Shown here: piece by piece, positions 20,758-30,317 of the stretch
How positions within the stretch are numbered: the stretch's first letter is position 1
How the letters are laid out: every line of letters begins with the position of its first letter
NCBI GenBank assembly: GCA_044376115.1
Contig: JBILLK010000041.1
Coordinates: 1-64,000 of the forward strand
Reading direction: 5' to 3'
DNA length: 64,000 nt
Source: Polyangiaceae bacterium
GTDB lineage: Bacteria; Myxococcota_A; Polyangia; Polyangiales; Polyangiaceae
Program-made: the position numbers and the translations under genes
Notes under the pieces: generated by a model
Databases searched by the model: none
What the model was told of the DNA's origin: nothing
What the model saw: the letters and a program-made list of their open reading frames with translations, nothing else

Positions 20758-21729
20758 TCAAAAGACGCTGCGCAGTCGCAGTCCAGCGTGGCTCGGCGAG
20801 AGCACCGGCTCGAGCGAGAGCTGCACCGGCGGGCTATCGACGCGCTCGACGATGAACAGCGCCAAGCCCACGCTGGTGGAGACAATGCCCAGCGTGAGCA
20901 GGATGTCCGCGCCGGCGGCGAGGGACTGGCCGTCGTCAAAGGCCTGCACGCCGATGGCGTCACAGGTGACGGGGTCGCGCGTCAGATCGCAGTGCTCGTC
21001 GCTGAGCGCTAGTTGGTTATTGGCGGCTACGCCAAAGCCGATCGCCCCGCCAAACGAGAGCAGACCCACCGAGCCGAGGACGATGCCAGCGATGCCCAGC
21101 CCGCCCAGCCCGGAGCCGCTTGCTTTCGAGTCGGTCGCCTTCGCCTCGAAGGCCGGCGCGCTGAGTTCGAGCGTCTCTCCAGGACCGAGACTGACCACGC
21201 TACGCTCGTGTTGCGGCTCGAACAAGACGGTGAGCTGCTTGTTGGGCGGGACGACCACGAAGGTGTTCCACTGGGGCCGCGGTAGCCGTTCTCCGCCGAG
21301 CCAGATCTCCTCGACCGGGTGGCCCGCCGGCACTTCGAGCTTCAGCCGGCCTACCCGCTTTGCGACGCGGGCGAGGCCATCGTTGGCCTCCGCGATGCGG
21401 TCTCTTCGGTTGGCCTTTTGTGCAAATTCGAGCGCACGCGTGTACTCGTCATAGGAGAGCACGTACTTACCGAGCTCTTCATGACAGCGCGCCGAGGCCA
21501 ACAACGTCCCGCCGCGCACTTCGACGGCCAGACTCTGCTCGAACAGGATGCAAGCGTCTGCGGTGCGGCCGCTGTTGAAGGCAGCGACCCCCGAACCGAA
21601 GAAGACCTCGGCCGGATCGGGGGAGGTCGGTTTGTCTCCGGCGTGCGCGTGAGGGCCAACTCCGAGTGCGCCAGCCAGCGCCACCGATCGCAGCAGGCGC
21701 CTGTTAGCGGCTGCCATTGCCGGAGCCAT
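20758..21729 (-). CDS. TPR/PEGA-like exported membrane protein typical of kinase loci
   Basis: Signal peptide, helical repeat (AC..FEQS...GTLL..ARC.E.LG), two C-terminal TM segments. Confidence 0.65.
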   Translation of the reverse strand: MAPAMAAANRRLLRSVALAGALGVGPHAHAGDKPTSPDPAEVFFGSGVAAFNSGRTADACILFEQSLAVEVRGGTLLASARCHEELGKYVLSYDEYTRALEFAQKANRRDRIAEANDGLARVAKRVGRLKLEVPAGHPVEEIWLGGERLPRPQWNTFVVVPPNKQLTVLFEPQHERSVVSLGPGETLELSAPAFEAKATDSKASGSGLGGLGIAGIVLGSVGLLSFGGAIGFGVAANNQLALSDEHCDLTRDPVTCDAIGVQAFDDGQSLAAGADILLTLGIVSTSVGLALFIVERVDSPPVQLSLEPVLSPSHAGLRLRSVF

Positions 21730-23281
21730 CGTAGATGGTCGGGTTCATCTTGCCTTGGCGCCCGCCGAACTTGGGCGTGGTCACGGTGGAGGCGGCTCGC
21801 TTGGGGAGGGGAGCAGAGGGCGCCGCAGTTGGGGCTGCGCTGACCGTGTGGCTTACCAATGTTGGCGCTTGCACGAGCGGGCTGCTGGCCGGCGCCGAAG
21901 GTTGCGGCCGAGCGGACGGCAGCTCGCGCGGGGCCGGGCTCGCCTCGGGGGCGCTCTGCGCCGACGACTCCCCCAGCGAAATCACCCCCCAGATGGCGAT
22001 CGACGCGCCGACCGCGGCCGCGCCAAAAGCGACCGGCTTCAAACGGGGCGCTGGCCGCACGCTCGGCGTGATGGCGACTGCGGCCGGTACGTACATGCGA
22101 TCGGTGGTGCGTCCAGGCTGATGCGCACGCGGCGTGTACGCAGGCTGGGAAGGCGGTGCGGGATGGAGCCCCGGCGCAACCGAGGAGCGCGGCGGAGGAG
22201 CAACCTGGAGTCGAGGTTGCGAAGGTGGAGGCGCAACCAGCTCAGCGGCTTGAACCGGGAGTAGCCGCGTTTGCAACGTTGGCGGCGCGTTCAACAGGTG
22301 CGGCGCAAACAGGTTGGTGACCGTGGCGTCCTCGGCGGGGAGGCTATGGGCTGGCGGAACCCAGGTGGACTCACTCGCGGCTTCGCCGCCCAGTGGGTCC
22401 ACGTCGACCTGCGTCATCTCGACATCGACCGCGGGCCCGCTCGTCACGAGGCGGGTGAACGCCTGAGCGAACTCAGCTGCGGTTTGAAAGCGAGCTTGTG
22501 GTTTGAAGGCCAGCGCGCGCTCAAAAAAGGCGTCGGTTGCGGCCGAGAGCGAGGGCACGATCTCGCTCGGTTTGGCGAAGCGTCCGCGCAACACGTTGTC
22601 GGCGATCTCGCTCGCACTCGCGCCAGCGGCGGTAAACGGAAGCCTGCCGGTAACGAAGGCATAGGCCACTACGGCGACCGACCAAAGATCCGTGCGCCCG
22701 TCGATGGGGGCTCCCATCAGCTGCTCGGGGCTCATGTAGCTGGGCGATCCGAGCGTGAGCCCCGGCCGGGTGAACTGCTCGATGTCGGCCTCCGCGGAGC
22801 GGGCGATGCCAAAATCCAGGATCTTGAGCACGTGCTCGCGGCCGACCTCAGCGACGAACAGATTGCCCGGCTTGATGTCGCGGTGAACGATGCCAGCGCC
22901 GTGCGCGACCGTGAGGCCGCGCGCGATCTGCTCGATCCACGGGGCGATCTCGGCTGGAGTCCAACGCGGCTTGTCACCGTGGATGCGCCCAAGGTCACGG
23001 CCTTGGAGCAGCTCCATCACCAAAAATGGATCTTCGCCGTCCACGCCAAAATCGAACACCTGGACGATGTGCGGCGACTGCAATTGGGCGCAGGCCTTGG
23101 CCTCGCGTTCGAAGCGCCCGCCGCGTTCCGGTGACGGGCTGTCGCTCGCGAGCAGGATCTTCACCGCCACCAACCGGTCGAGCGCGTGGTGACGAGCGAG
23201 CCAGACTTCAGCCTGACCACCCTTGCCGAGTGGACTTAGCAGGCCATAGCGCCCGGCGAGCGTTGTTCCTCTGCGGTCCAT
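21704..23281 (-). CDS. Ser/Thr protein kinase, tandem copy A
   Basis: GKGGQAEV, AVKIL, HRDIKPGN, DFG, SPE; TM segment. Confidence 0.95.
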   Translation of the reverse strand: MDRRGTTLAGRYGLLSPLGKGGQAEVWLARHHALDRLVAVKILLASDSPSPERGGRFEREAKACAQLQSPHIVQVFDFGVDGEDPFLVMELLQGRDLGRIHGDKPRWTPAEIAPWIEQIARGLTVAHGAGIVHRDIKPGNLFVAEVGREHVLKILDFGIARSAEADIEQFTRPGLTLGSPSYMSPEQLMGAPIDGRTDLWSVAVVAYAFVTGRLPFTAAGASASEIADNVLRGRFAKPSEIVPSLSAATDAFFERALAFKPQARFQTAAEFAQAFTRLVTSGPAVDVEMTQVDVDPLGGEAASESTWVPPAHSLPAEDATVTNLFAPHLLNAPPTLQTRLLPVQAAELVAPPPSQPRLQVAPPPRSSVAPGLHPAPPSQPAYTPRAHQPGRTTDRMYVPAAVAITPSVRPAPRLKPVAFGAAAVGASIAIWGVISLGESSAQSAPEASPAPRELPSARPQPSAPASSPLVQAPTLVSHTVSAAPTAAPSAPLPKRAASTVTTPKFGGRQGKMNPTIYDGSGNGSR

Positions 23282-23313
23282 CGATCAGCTATGTCCGGCG
23301 AACTCGAGTTAAT

Positions 23314-23412
23314 TGGCGGAAGCGCACAGGAATCGAACCTGCCCAGGACACCGTGAGATGCCCCACACCGGATTTGAAGACCGGGGGCGGCGCCAGCCTA
23401 CCACGCGCTTCC
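23314..23412 (-). tRNA. selC: tRNA-Sec (anticodon UCA)
   Basis: Minus strand GGAAGCGC...CCGGTCTTCAAATCCGG...long variable arm...GCAGGTTCGATTCCTGT GCGCTTCC GCCA: 8-bp acceptor stem, 5-bp T stem, TCA anticodon, encoded CCA. Confidence 0.93.
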
Positions 23413-23517
23413 GTAAAGAAAACTACGTGGCGGCCGGCGGTTTGTCGAGCAGCGCTTGCGCGAACGATGGTTCTCCGCCTTGCCCCGAACCGAGCACAGC
23501 GCACCGGCGGAATCTGC

Positions 23518-25050
23518 TCAAATTGTTGAAGGATTGTATTTCGGCTTGGGTTTGGGGCCACTTGGTGTGGGGCCAGTCGGTTTGGTCGTTGGGTCTGTCG
23601 CCGGTTTGGAGGGCTCGGCCGTCGCGGAGGGCTCGGCCGTGGAGGGTTCGGCCGTCGCGGAGGGCTCGGCCGTCGCGGAGGGCTTGGCCGTCGTCGTAGG
23701 CTCAACGGCGGTCGAAAGTTGTGGCCGAACCGAAGGCAACGTCGGCGCGGTTGAGCCGGGTTCTGCGCCGCTTTGCCACGGCGACTCTCCCAGCGAAGTT
23801 ACGCCCCAGATCGCGATCGATGCACCGAACGCGGCGGCCCCGAAAGCGACCGGCTTCAGCCGTGGTGCTGGCCGAACGACGTTGGGCGTCGAACCAACAG
23901 CGGCTGGTGCGTATGGGGCCGTGTCCGCTGGCGGTGGCTCGGGTGCGACCGACGTCGGCTCGCTGATTGGAGCCACGGCATGCCCAGGTTGTGAAGGTGG
24001 AGGCGAATCCGCTTCGGCCGCTTGACTCGGGAGCCGCCGCGTATGCGAGGTAGGCGGCTCGTTTACCAGCAAGTGCGGTCTGAACAAGTGGGTGATCGTC
24101 GCGTCCTCTGCGGGTAGGTTCTGCGCAGGCGGAACCCACGTTGGCTCACTCGCAACAGGCAGATCGAGCGGTTGGACGTCGACCTGGGTTAGCTCGACAT
24201 CGACAGCGGGCTCGCCGTTCGCCAGGCTGGTGAAGGCGTGCGCAAACTCGGCCGCGGTTTGAAAGCGATGCTCCGGTTTGAGAGCCAGGGCGCGCTGAAA
24301 GAAGCTGTCGGTGGCAGCTGAAAGCGAGGGGACGAGCTCGCTCGGCTTGGCGAAGCGACCGTGCAAAACCTTCTGCGCGATCTTGCTCGGGCTTTCGTTT
24401 GCGACGCTGAACGGCAGCCTGCCGGTGACGAAGGAGTAGGCGACCACGGCCACCGACCAGAGATCCGTGCGACCGTCCAGGACGCCGCCCGTCAGCTGCT
24501 CGGGGCTCATGTGGGTAGGGGTTCCGAGCGTGAGGCCCGGACGGGTGAACTGCTCGTCCGTGTTGGCGGAGCGGGCGATGCCGAAATCCAAAATCTTGAG
24601 CACGCGTTCGTTATCAAATTCGGCGACGAATAGATTGCCCGGCTTGATGTCGCGGTGAACGATGCCAGCTTTGTGAGCGACGGTGAGACCGCGGGCGATC
24701 TGTTCGATCCAAGGGGCGATCTCGGCCACACTCCAATGCGGTTTGTCACCGTGAATGCGCCCGAGGTCCCGGCCTTGGAGCAACTCCATCACCAAGAACG
24801 GGTCTTCCCCATCAACGCCAAAGTCGAACACCTGGACGATGTTCGGTGACTGCAGGTGGGCACAGGCCTTGGCCTCGCGCTCGAAGCGCCCGCGCTCCCG
24901 CGACGGGCTGTCGGTCGCGAGCAGGATCTTCACCGCCACCAAACGGTCGAGCGCATGGTGACGGGCAAGCCAGACTTCAGCCTGACCACCCTTCCCGAGT
25001 GGACTTAGCAGGCCATAGCACCCGGCAAGCGTTGTTCCTCTGCGGTCCAC
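23518..25050 (-). CDS. Ser/Thr protein kinase, tandem copy B
   Basis: Close paralogue of 21704..23281; C-terminal AEPSAT repeats. Confidence 0.95.
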   Translation of the reverse strand: MDRRGTTLAGCYGLLSPLGKGGQAEVWLARHHALDRLVAVKILLATDSPSRERGRFEREAKACAHLQSPNIVQVFDFGVDGEDPFLVMELLQGRDLGRIHGDKPHWSVAEIAPWIEQIARGLTVAHKAGIVHRDIKPGNLFVAEFDNERVLKILDFGIARSANTDEQFTRPGLTLGTPTHMSPEQLTGGVLDGRTDLWSVAVVAYSFVTGRLPFSVANESPSKIAQKVLHGRFAKPSELVPSLSAATDSFFQRALALKPEHRFQTAAEFAHAFTSLANGEPAVDVELTQVDVQPLDLPVASEPTWVPPAQNLPAEDATITHLFRPHLLVNEPPTSHTRRLPSQAAEADSPPPSQPGHAVAPISEPTSVAPEPPPADTAPYAPAAVGSTPNVVRPAPRLKPVAFGAAAFGASIAIWGVTSLGESPWQSGAEPGSTAPTLPSVRPQLSTAVEPTTTAKPSATAEPSATAEPSTAEPSATAEPSKPATDPTTKPTGPTPSGPKPKPKYNPSTI

Positions 25051-25077
25051 GATCAGCTATGTGACCTCGAGTTATTG

Positions 25078-25121
25078 GGCGGAAACGCACAGGAATCGAA
25101 CCTGCCCAGGGCACCGTGAGA
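25078..25121 (-). pseudogene. 3' fragment of tRNA-Sec
   Basis: GGCGGAAACGCACAGGAATCGAACCTGCCCAGGGCACCGTGAGA matches 23315..23358 with 2 mismatches; anticodon arm, D arm and 5' strand are deleted. Confidence 0.85.
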
Positions 25122-26336
25122 CCAGCAAACTACGTGGCGGCAGGTGGTTTGTCGAGCAGCGCCTGCGCGAACTGCACCCAGCATTGGTTCTCGGGCTTCA
25201 TCGGGCAGGCTCCCGGGCTACACTCGACAGACCTTTTGCTTTTGGAGCCTCCTTTGCGAACCACCGCTTCTCCCTCAGCGCGCTTCGGGATCTCTCTTCT
25301 GCTTGCGGCCGCTTGTTCGCCCGGCACCGAACAGAGCGGCGGTGCACCCGCCGAAGGTGGCTCCACCGGGAGTTTCGTCGGCACCGGCGGTGGTGGGGCA
25401 GGGCAGGGTGGTTCGCCCTGTGAGGGAACGACCTACGCGGCCGAATACAAGCCGTTGAACCTGTACATCATGGTGGACGCCTCGAGCTCGATGGCAGGCA
25501 GCAAGTGGGAAGCAGCGCGCGCGGGTCTGGAGACCTTTCTCACCGACAGCACGATCACCAACGTGGACGTGGCGATCAACTTCTTCCCGCGGCCTGCCGG
25601 AGGCCCGCCGGCCTGCGATCAGATGGCCTACAAAGAGCCAGCGGTGGCGTTCGGCCCGTTGCCGGATAACGGCCCCGCGATCCTCGCGGCGATGGACGCT
25701 CGCAGCCCCGACGGCTTCAATTCCCCGATGTTTCCAGCGTTAGGCGGCGCCATTCTCAAAGGCATCGACCTCACGGTGCAGAACCCAGACGAGGTCGCGG
25801 CGGTGCTGCTCGTGACCGACGGCAAGCCGGATGGCCCGGGCACCGTTTGCGCCGGCCAAGACCCATCGGACCCAAGCGTGGTCGCGGCCTTGGCCGCAAG
25901 CGGCCTCGCGTTTTCGCCGTCGATTCGTACCTTGGTGGTCGGCCTGCCGGGAGTGGACGTCGCGATCGCCGATCAAATCGCGGAGGCCGGTGGCAGTGAA
26001 AAGGCGATCGTGGTGGGTACGAGCGATACCGCCAACTCCTTCGCGGCGGCGCTGAAGAAGGCGCAAGGCGCGGCAGTTGGTTGCGTGTTCAAGCTGCCTA
26101 CGGATCTCGAGAACGGCACCGTCGATAGCGGTGATGTCAACGTCTCGCTGACGCCGGGCGGTGGTAACGCCGAGGTCGTGCTCTCCAACCCCGATTGCAA
26201 CGGCGGAGAGGGCTGGGCCTTCGATGACGAAAGCGATCCGAAGAGCATCGTGCTCTGCGAGGGAACCTGTGCGGCGGTGGAGTCCGACGATGCCGCCAGC
26301 GTCAACATCGTCCTCGGCTGCCCCACCGCCTTCTAA
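25116..26336 (+). CDS. vWA-domain lipoprotein (myxobacterial type)
   Basis: LLAAAC lipobox (start probably near 25250), MIDAS DASSSM, LLVTDG, Cys-rich C-terminus. Confidence 0.8.
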   Translation: MRPANYVAAGGLSSSACANCTQHWFSGFIGQAPGLHSTDLLLLEPPLRTTASPSARFGISLLLAAACSPGTEQSGGAPAEGGSTGSFVGTGGGGAGQGGSPCEGTTYAAEYKPLNLYIMVDASSSMAGSKWEAARAGLETFLTDSTITNVDVAINFFPRPAGGPPACDQMAYKEPAVAFGPLPDNGPAILAAMDARSPDGFNSPMFPALGGAILKGIDLTVQNPDEVAAVLLVTDGKPDGPGTVCAGQDPSDPSVVAALAASGLAFSPSIRTLVVGLPGVDVAIADQIAEAGGSEKAIVVGTSDTANSFAAALKKAQGAAVGCVFKLPTDLENGTVDSGDVNVSLTPGGGNAEVVLSNPDCNGGEGWAFDDESDPKSIVLCEGTCAAVESDDAASVNIVLGCPTAF

Positions 26337-26363
26337 CCGCCCGGCCTCTCAGCCGCCCGCCTG

Positions 26364-27362
26364 CTAACGGCCAGCGGCTCGCATCAGCGCCGCGACAATG
26401 TCAGCGTCGCGCACGGCGTCGGCCTCGGCGCGGTACGAAAGCACGATGCGATGTCGTAAGGCGTAGAGCGCCATCGCGCGCACGTCGTCCACGTCGGCCG
26501 CGGCCTCGCCGTGCACCACCGCGCGCGCCTTGGCCGCCAAAACCAACGCTTGGCTACCGCGCGGCCCAGCTCCAAACCGCACGTAGTTGCGTACTTCATC
26601 CGGGGCTTGCGGCTCTTTGGGCCGACTGAGCCGAGCGAGCTTCACCGCGAGCTTGAGCGCCTCTTCGGTGATCGGAATCATCGGCACGAGCTCGCCCAGC
26701 GCGCGCACGTCCTCGATCGTCAGCACCGGCTCCACGTGCGCTTTGACGCCGCTGGTGGTGCGCCGTGCGATCTCGAGCTCCTCGGCCTCCGACGGGTAAT
26801 CGACGAAGATCTCGACCAAGAAGCGGTCGAGCTGGGCCTCGGGCAACGGGTAGGTTCCGTCTTGTTCAATCGGATTCTGCGTCGCGAACACCTGAAATGG
26901 ATCGGGCAGAAGGTGGGTCTTGGTGCCTACCGTCACTCGGCGCTCTTGCATCGCCTCGAGCAGCGCAGCCTGCGTTTTGGGCGGAGTGCGGTTGACCTCA
27001 TCGGCGAGCACGAGGTTGTGAAAAATGGGCCCCTTGGCGAACACCAGCGAACGCCCTGCCGCCGATTCGGCGAGCACGTCGGTGCCGGTGATATCCGCCG
27101 GCAAGAGGTCGGGGGTGAACTGCACCCGGCCGAAGGAAAGATCGAGCGACTTGGCTAGCGAGGAGACGAGCAGTGTCTTGGCCAAACCGGGAACACCGAT
27201 CAGCAGGGCATGACCGCGAGCGAACAAGGCCGCGAGCATGGCGTCTATCACCGCGTCTTGCCCGACGACCGCCTTGCCGATCATCACGCGGAGCGCAGCC
27301 ACCGCCTCGCTAGCGCGCTCCAAGAGCACCGTGGCGCTCTTCGGATCTCGTGCAGTTTCCAT
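26364..27362 (-). CDS. MoxR-family AAA+ ATPase
   Basis: GVPGLAKT, RVQFTPDLLPADITG, LADEVNRTPPKTQAALLEAMQE, TQNPIEQ.GTYPLPEAQLDRF. Confidence 0.96.
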   Translation of the reverse strand: METARDPKSATVLLERASEAVAALRVMIGKAVVGQDAVIDAMLAALFARGHALLIGVPGLAKTLLVSSLAKSLDLSFGRVQFTPDLLPADITGTDVLAESAAGRSLVFAKGPIFHNLVLADEVNRTPPKTQAALLEAMQERRVTVGTKTHLLPDPFQVFATQNPIEQDGTYPLPEAQLDRFLVEIFVDYPSEAEELEIARRTTSGVKAHVEPVLTIEDVRALGELVPMIPITEEALKLAVKLARLSRPKEPQAPDEVRNYVRFGAGPRGSQALVLAAKARAVVHGEAAADVDDVRAMALYALRHRIVLSYRAEADAVRDADIVAALMRAAGR

Positions 27363-27400
27363 AGGGTCCGGCTGTACCTCTCCGCACCGGACTGCGCAAG

Positions 27401-28903
27401 GTGGCTTTCGTTCGCGGGGGCGAAGGTGCTAGCACTGTACGAGCGAACATGGCCCGCGCAGACGCAAAAGAAAAAGACGACGCGGTTGTGCTCCCCGAGG
27501 TCCCGGAGACGCCGCGCAAAGAGCCCCGACCCGAAGCTCGCCCGGCCCCGCCGTTGACGCTGGCCAAAGAGGTTCGGCGCGCCGACGAGCCCAAGGAGCC
27601 GCTCAAAGGTGAACGAGCGGCGCCCACCGGGCCCTGGCGCTCCTACAAAGAAATTCTCGCCAAGCTCGCCCAGCGCGTACTCGAGGCCCAACGGCCGCTG
27701 CGCATCCTGCAGTCGTTGCGTTGGCCGGACGGCGTGGAGGAGGCGTTTGCCCGCTCGCGTTTCCGCGAGCTGCCGCCCTTCGAGTACGATCCCGATCTCG
27801 GTTTTGATCCGGAGAGCAAGAAGCTCGAATTCACCGAGATCTTGCGCGACATCGACAAGGAGTTCGGTGCCAACGACGAGCTCGCGGCGATCTTGCGCTC
27901 CACCGCCGAGGAGTACCTGCTGGTCGTACAGATGCTCGAACAGCGCGGCACCAAGCGCTTCTACGAGTTTTCGCGCAAGCTCTACGGCTCGGCCAAGGAC
28001 GTCCTCCCGGATGGCAAAACCACCGTTCGTTCGATGGGCTTTCAGCTCTATGAGCTCTTGACCAACATCGCCTGGGAGCGGCTCGGCGAGGCTCGGCGTC
28101 GCGACATCGATGCGCAGACGGCCGCCTTGGTGCTCAACGAACGGCTGGGGCGCTTCTTCGGTGAGACCTCGGTGCGCGTGCAGGTCGATGATCAGCTCGT
28201 GGCCGACGCTGCGGCTGGCAGCGACTACGTGAAGATCCGCTCCGGCGCGACCTTCTCCAGCCGCGACGTTGACATCCTCGAGGTGCATGAAGGTTGGGTG
28301 CACCTCGCGACGAGCTTGAACGGCCAGGCTCAGCCGGTGGCGCGCTGGCTCGCCAAAGGCCCGCCGCGCACCGCGGCGGTGCAAGAAGGCTTGGCGGCGC
28401 TGGTCGAGATCTTGACCTTCCGTAGCACGCCGCGCCGAGCCAAGAAGATCAACGATCGGGTGATCGCGGTGGACAAGGCCGAAGACGGAGCTTCGTTCCT
28501 TGACATTTTCGAGTGGTACCGCACCGAAGGCTACGAGGACGACGAGTGCTTTCAGAGCGCGACGCGCATCTTCCGCGGGGGGACCTTGGACGGCGGCGCG
28601 CCTTTCACCAAAGACGCCTGCTACTGCAAAGGGATCGTGCTCAACCAGGCCTTCATGTTGGCGGCCATTCAACATGATCGGCCCGAGCTGATCCCGTTCT
28701 TGTTCGTGGGCAAGGTCGCGCATGAGGACGTACCGGTGCTGCATCGTCACGTGAGCGACGGCATCGTGAGGCCGCCTCCGTTCATGCCGCCGATCTTCGA
28801 GGACATGAACGGGCTCGCGGTGTGGCTCTCCTATTCCTCGTTTTTCTCGACGCTGTGCAAAGCCTCGATCGTCGACCACTACGCCAGCAGCATGCGTCGC
28901 TGA
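27401..28903 (+). CDS. DUF1704 QEGLA-motif HExxxH metallopeptidase
   Basis: HEGWVH.ATSLNG, QEGLA, R.FRGG, PFTKD.CY..G motifs. Confidence 0.85.
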   Translation: MAFVRGGEGASTVRANMARADAKEKDDAVVLPEVPETPRKEPRPEARPAPPLTLAKEVRRADEPKEPLKGERAAPTGPWRSYKEILAKLAQRVLEAQRPLRILQSLRWPDGVEEAFARSRFRELPPFEYDPDLGFDPESKKLEFTEILRDIDKEFGANDELAAILRSTAEEYLLVVQMLEQRGTKRFYEFSRKLYGSAKDVLPDGKTTVRSMGFQLYELLTNIAWERLGEARRRDIDAQTAALVLNERLGRFFGETSVRVQVDDQLVADAAAGSDYVKIRSGATFSSRDVDILEVHEGWVHLATSLNGQAQPVARWLAKGPPRTAAVQEGLAALVEILTFRSTPRRAKKINDRVIAVDKAEDGASFLDIFEWYRTEGYEDDECFQSATRIFRGGTLDGGAPFTKDACYCKGIVLNQAFMLAAIQHDRPELIPFLFVGKVAHEDVPVLHRHVSDGIVRPPPFMPPIFEDMNGLAVWLSYSSFFSTLCKASIVDHYASSMRR

Positions 28904-28913
28904 GGAGAAGAGC

Positions 28914-30317
28914 GTGAGCCAACCGTCCGATAAGCCCGCGAGAGTTCCGCGCGTCACCGAGGTCATCACTCCGGAGACGGGCCCCAGCATTCGTCGCATC
29001 CGCAAGCTCAAAATCAGCGTGCTGGATTCGCCCAACGCCAAAGAGAAGGGCGCCGTTTACTCGTTCGCCCAGGATGAAGTGCGGCTCGGCAGCAGCCCCG
29101 AGACCGATGTTGTGCTCAGCGACGCGGGCATCTCGCGCGAGCACGTCGCCATTCGGCTCACGCCCGAGGGCTTTCTACTCACCGATCTCGGCTCGACCAA
29201 CGGCACCTTTGTCGGCGACGTACGGGTGCGCGAGGTGTGGATCAGCGCGGAGACCCATCTGCGGCTCGGCTCCACCGTGCTCAAGCTCTCGCCGCTGAGC
29301 GAGACGGTCGAGCACGAGGTCTCTCCGCGGGCGAACTTCGGGCGCATGCTCGGCGCCAGCGCGTCGATGCGCGAGACCTTCGCGCTGCTCGAACGCGTCG
29401 CCAAGAGCGACCTCACGGTATTGGTCGAAGGGGAGACCGGCACCGGCAAAGAGCTCGCCGCCGAGGGCCTGCATGACGCCAGCGGCCGCTCGGGCGAGTT
29501 CACCGCGGTCAACTGCGGGGCGATCCCCAAAGAGCTGCTCGAGAGCGAGCTCTTTGGGCACGAGAAGGGCGCCTTCACCGGCGCTATTCGTGAACGCAAA
29601 GGCGCTTTTCTTTCGGCCGATCGCGGGACGCTCTTTCTCGATGAGGTCGGGGAGCTGCCGCTCGACGTGCAGGCCAAGTTGCTGCGGGCGCTCGAGCGAC
29701 GCGAGGTCAAGCCGGTGGGCTCAGACAAGACGCTTTCGATCGACGTGCGCATCGTCGCCGCGACTCATCGCAGCTTGGCCAAAGAGGTGAAGGCCGGCAC
29801 CTTCCGCCAGGACCTTTACTACCGCCTAGCGGTGGTGACGGTGAAGATCCCGCCGCTACGTACGCGCATCGAGGATCTGCGGCTCTTGGTCGATACCATT
29901 TGGGAAGAGCTGGATCGGCGGCGGCGAGCGCAAGGCATGCCGGCACCAGAGCGTTTGGACGCGGCCGCGATGGCCATGCTCGCGCGTTATGATTTCCCGG
30001 GCAACGTGCGCGAGCTGCGCAACATCGTCGAGCGTTGGGCGGTGCTCGGAGCGTCCTCCGGTGAAGCGCTGGGGGAGAATCAGCCGGCCTCGGTGAGAGC
30101 CGTGCAAACGCCCAGTGGAGACCCGTTCGGTGGCGTCTTGGAGTTGCCTTATCACGAGGCTCGCGAGGCGCTGCTCGAGCGTTTTGAGCGCGCCTTCACC
30201 GAGCAGGTGCTGGCCAAGAGCGGCGGTAATGTGTCCAAGGCGGCGCGTGAGGCTGGGGTGGATCGACGTCATCTTCAGCGGCTGATGGCGCGTTTTGGCG
30301 TGAGGTCGAGTTCATGA
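28914..30317 (+). CDS. FHA-domain sigma54-dependent transcriptional activator
   Basis: SREH...DLGSTNGT, GETGTGKE, ESELFGHEKGAFTGA, FPGNVREL, HTH. Confidence 0.95.
   Translation: MSQPSDKPARVPRVTEVITPETGPSIRRIRKLKISVLDSPNAKEKGAVYSFAQDEVRLGSSPETDVVLSDAGISREHVAIRLTPEGFLLTDLGSTNGTFVGDVRVREVWISAETHLRLGSTVLKLSPLSETVEHEVSPRANFGRMLGASASMRETFALLERVAKSDLTVLVEGETGTGKELAAEGLHDASGRSGEFTAVNCGAIPKELLESELFGHEKGAFTGAIRERKGAFLSADRGTLFLDEVGELPLDVQAKLLRALERREVKPVGSDKTLSIDVRIVAATHRSLAKEVKAGTFRQDLYYRLAVVTVKIPPLRTRIEDLRLLVDTIWEELDRRRRAQGMPAPERLDAAAMAMLARYDFPGNVRELRNIVERWAVLGASSGEALGENQPASVRAVQTPSGDPFGGVLELPYHEAREALLERFERAFTEQVLAKSGGNVSKAAREAGVDRRHLQRLMARFGVRSSS

Noticed and set aside
23314..23412. Selenium utilisation cluster or selenoprotein genes near selC
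   Set aside because: No selA, selB or selD and no convincing in-frame UGA read-through gene were recognised in the window
23609..23700. 18-bp tandem repeats
   Set aside because: In-frame coding repeats (AEPSAT) in a low-complexity kinase tail; ordinary
25078..25121. att site of a prophage or island integrated at selC
   Set aside because: Homology extends on both sides of the tRNA fragment and through the kinase, and no integrase is present; a tandem duplication explains it better
27284..29041. 585-aa minus-strand ORF (likewise 16712..18061 +, 56774..58519 + and similar long ORFs)
   Set aside because: Antisense shadow ORFs of motif-bearing genes, expected in high-GC DNA
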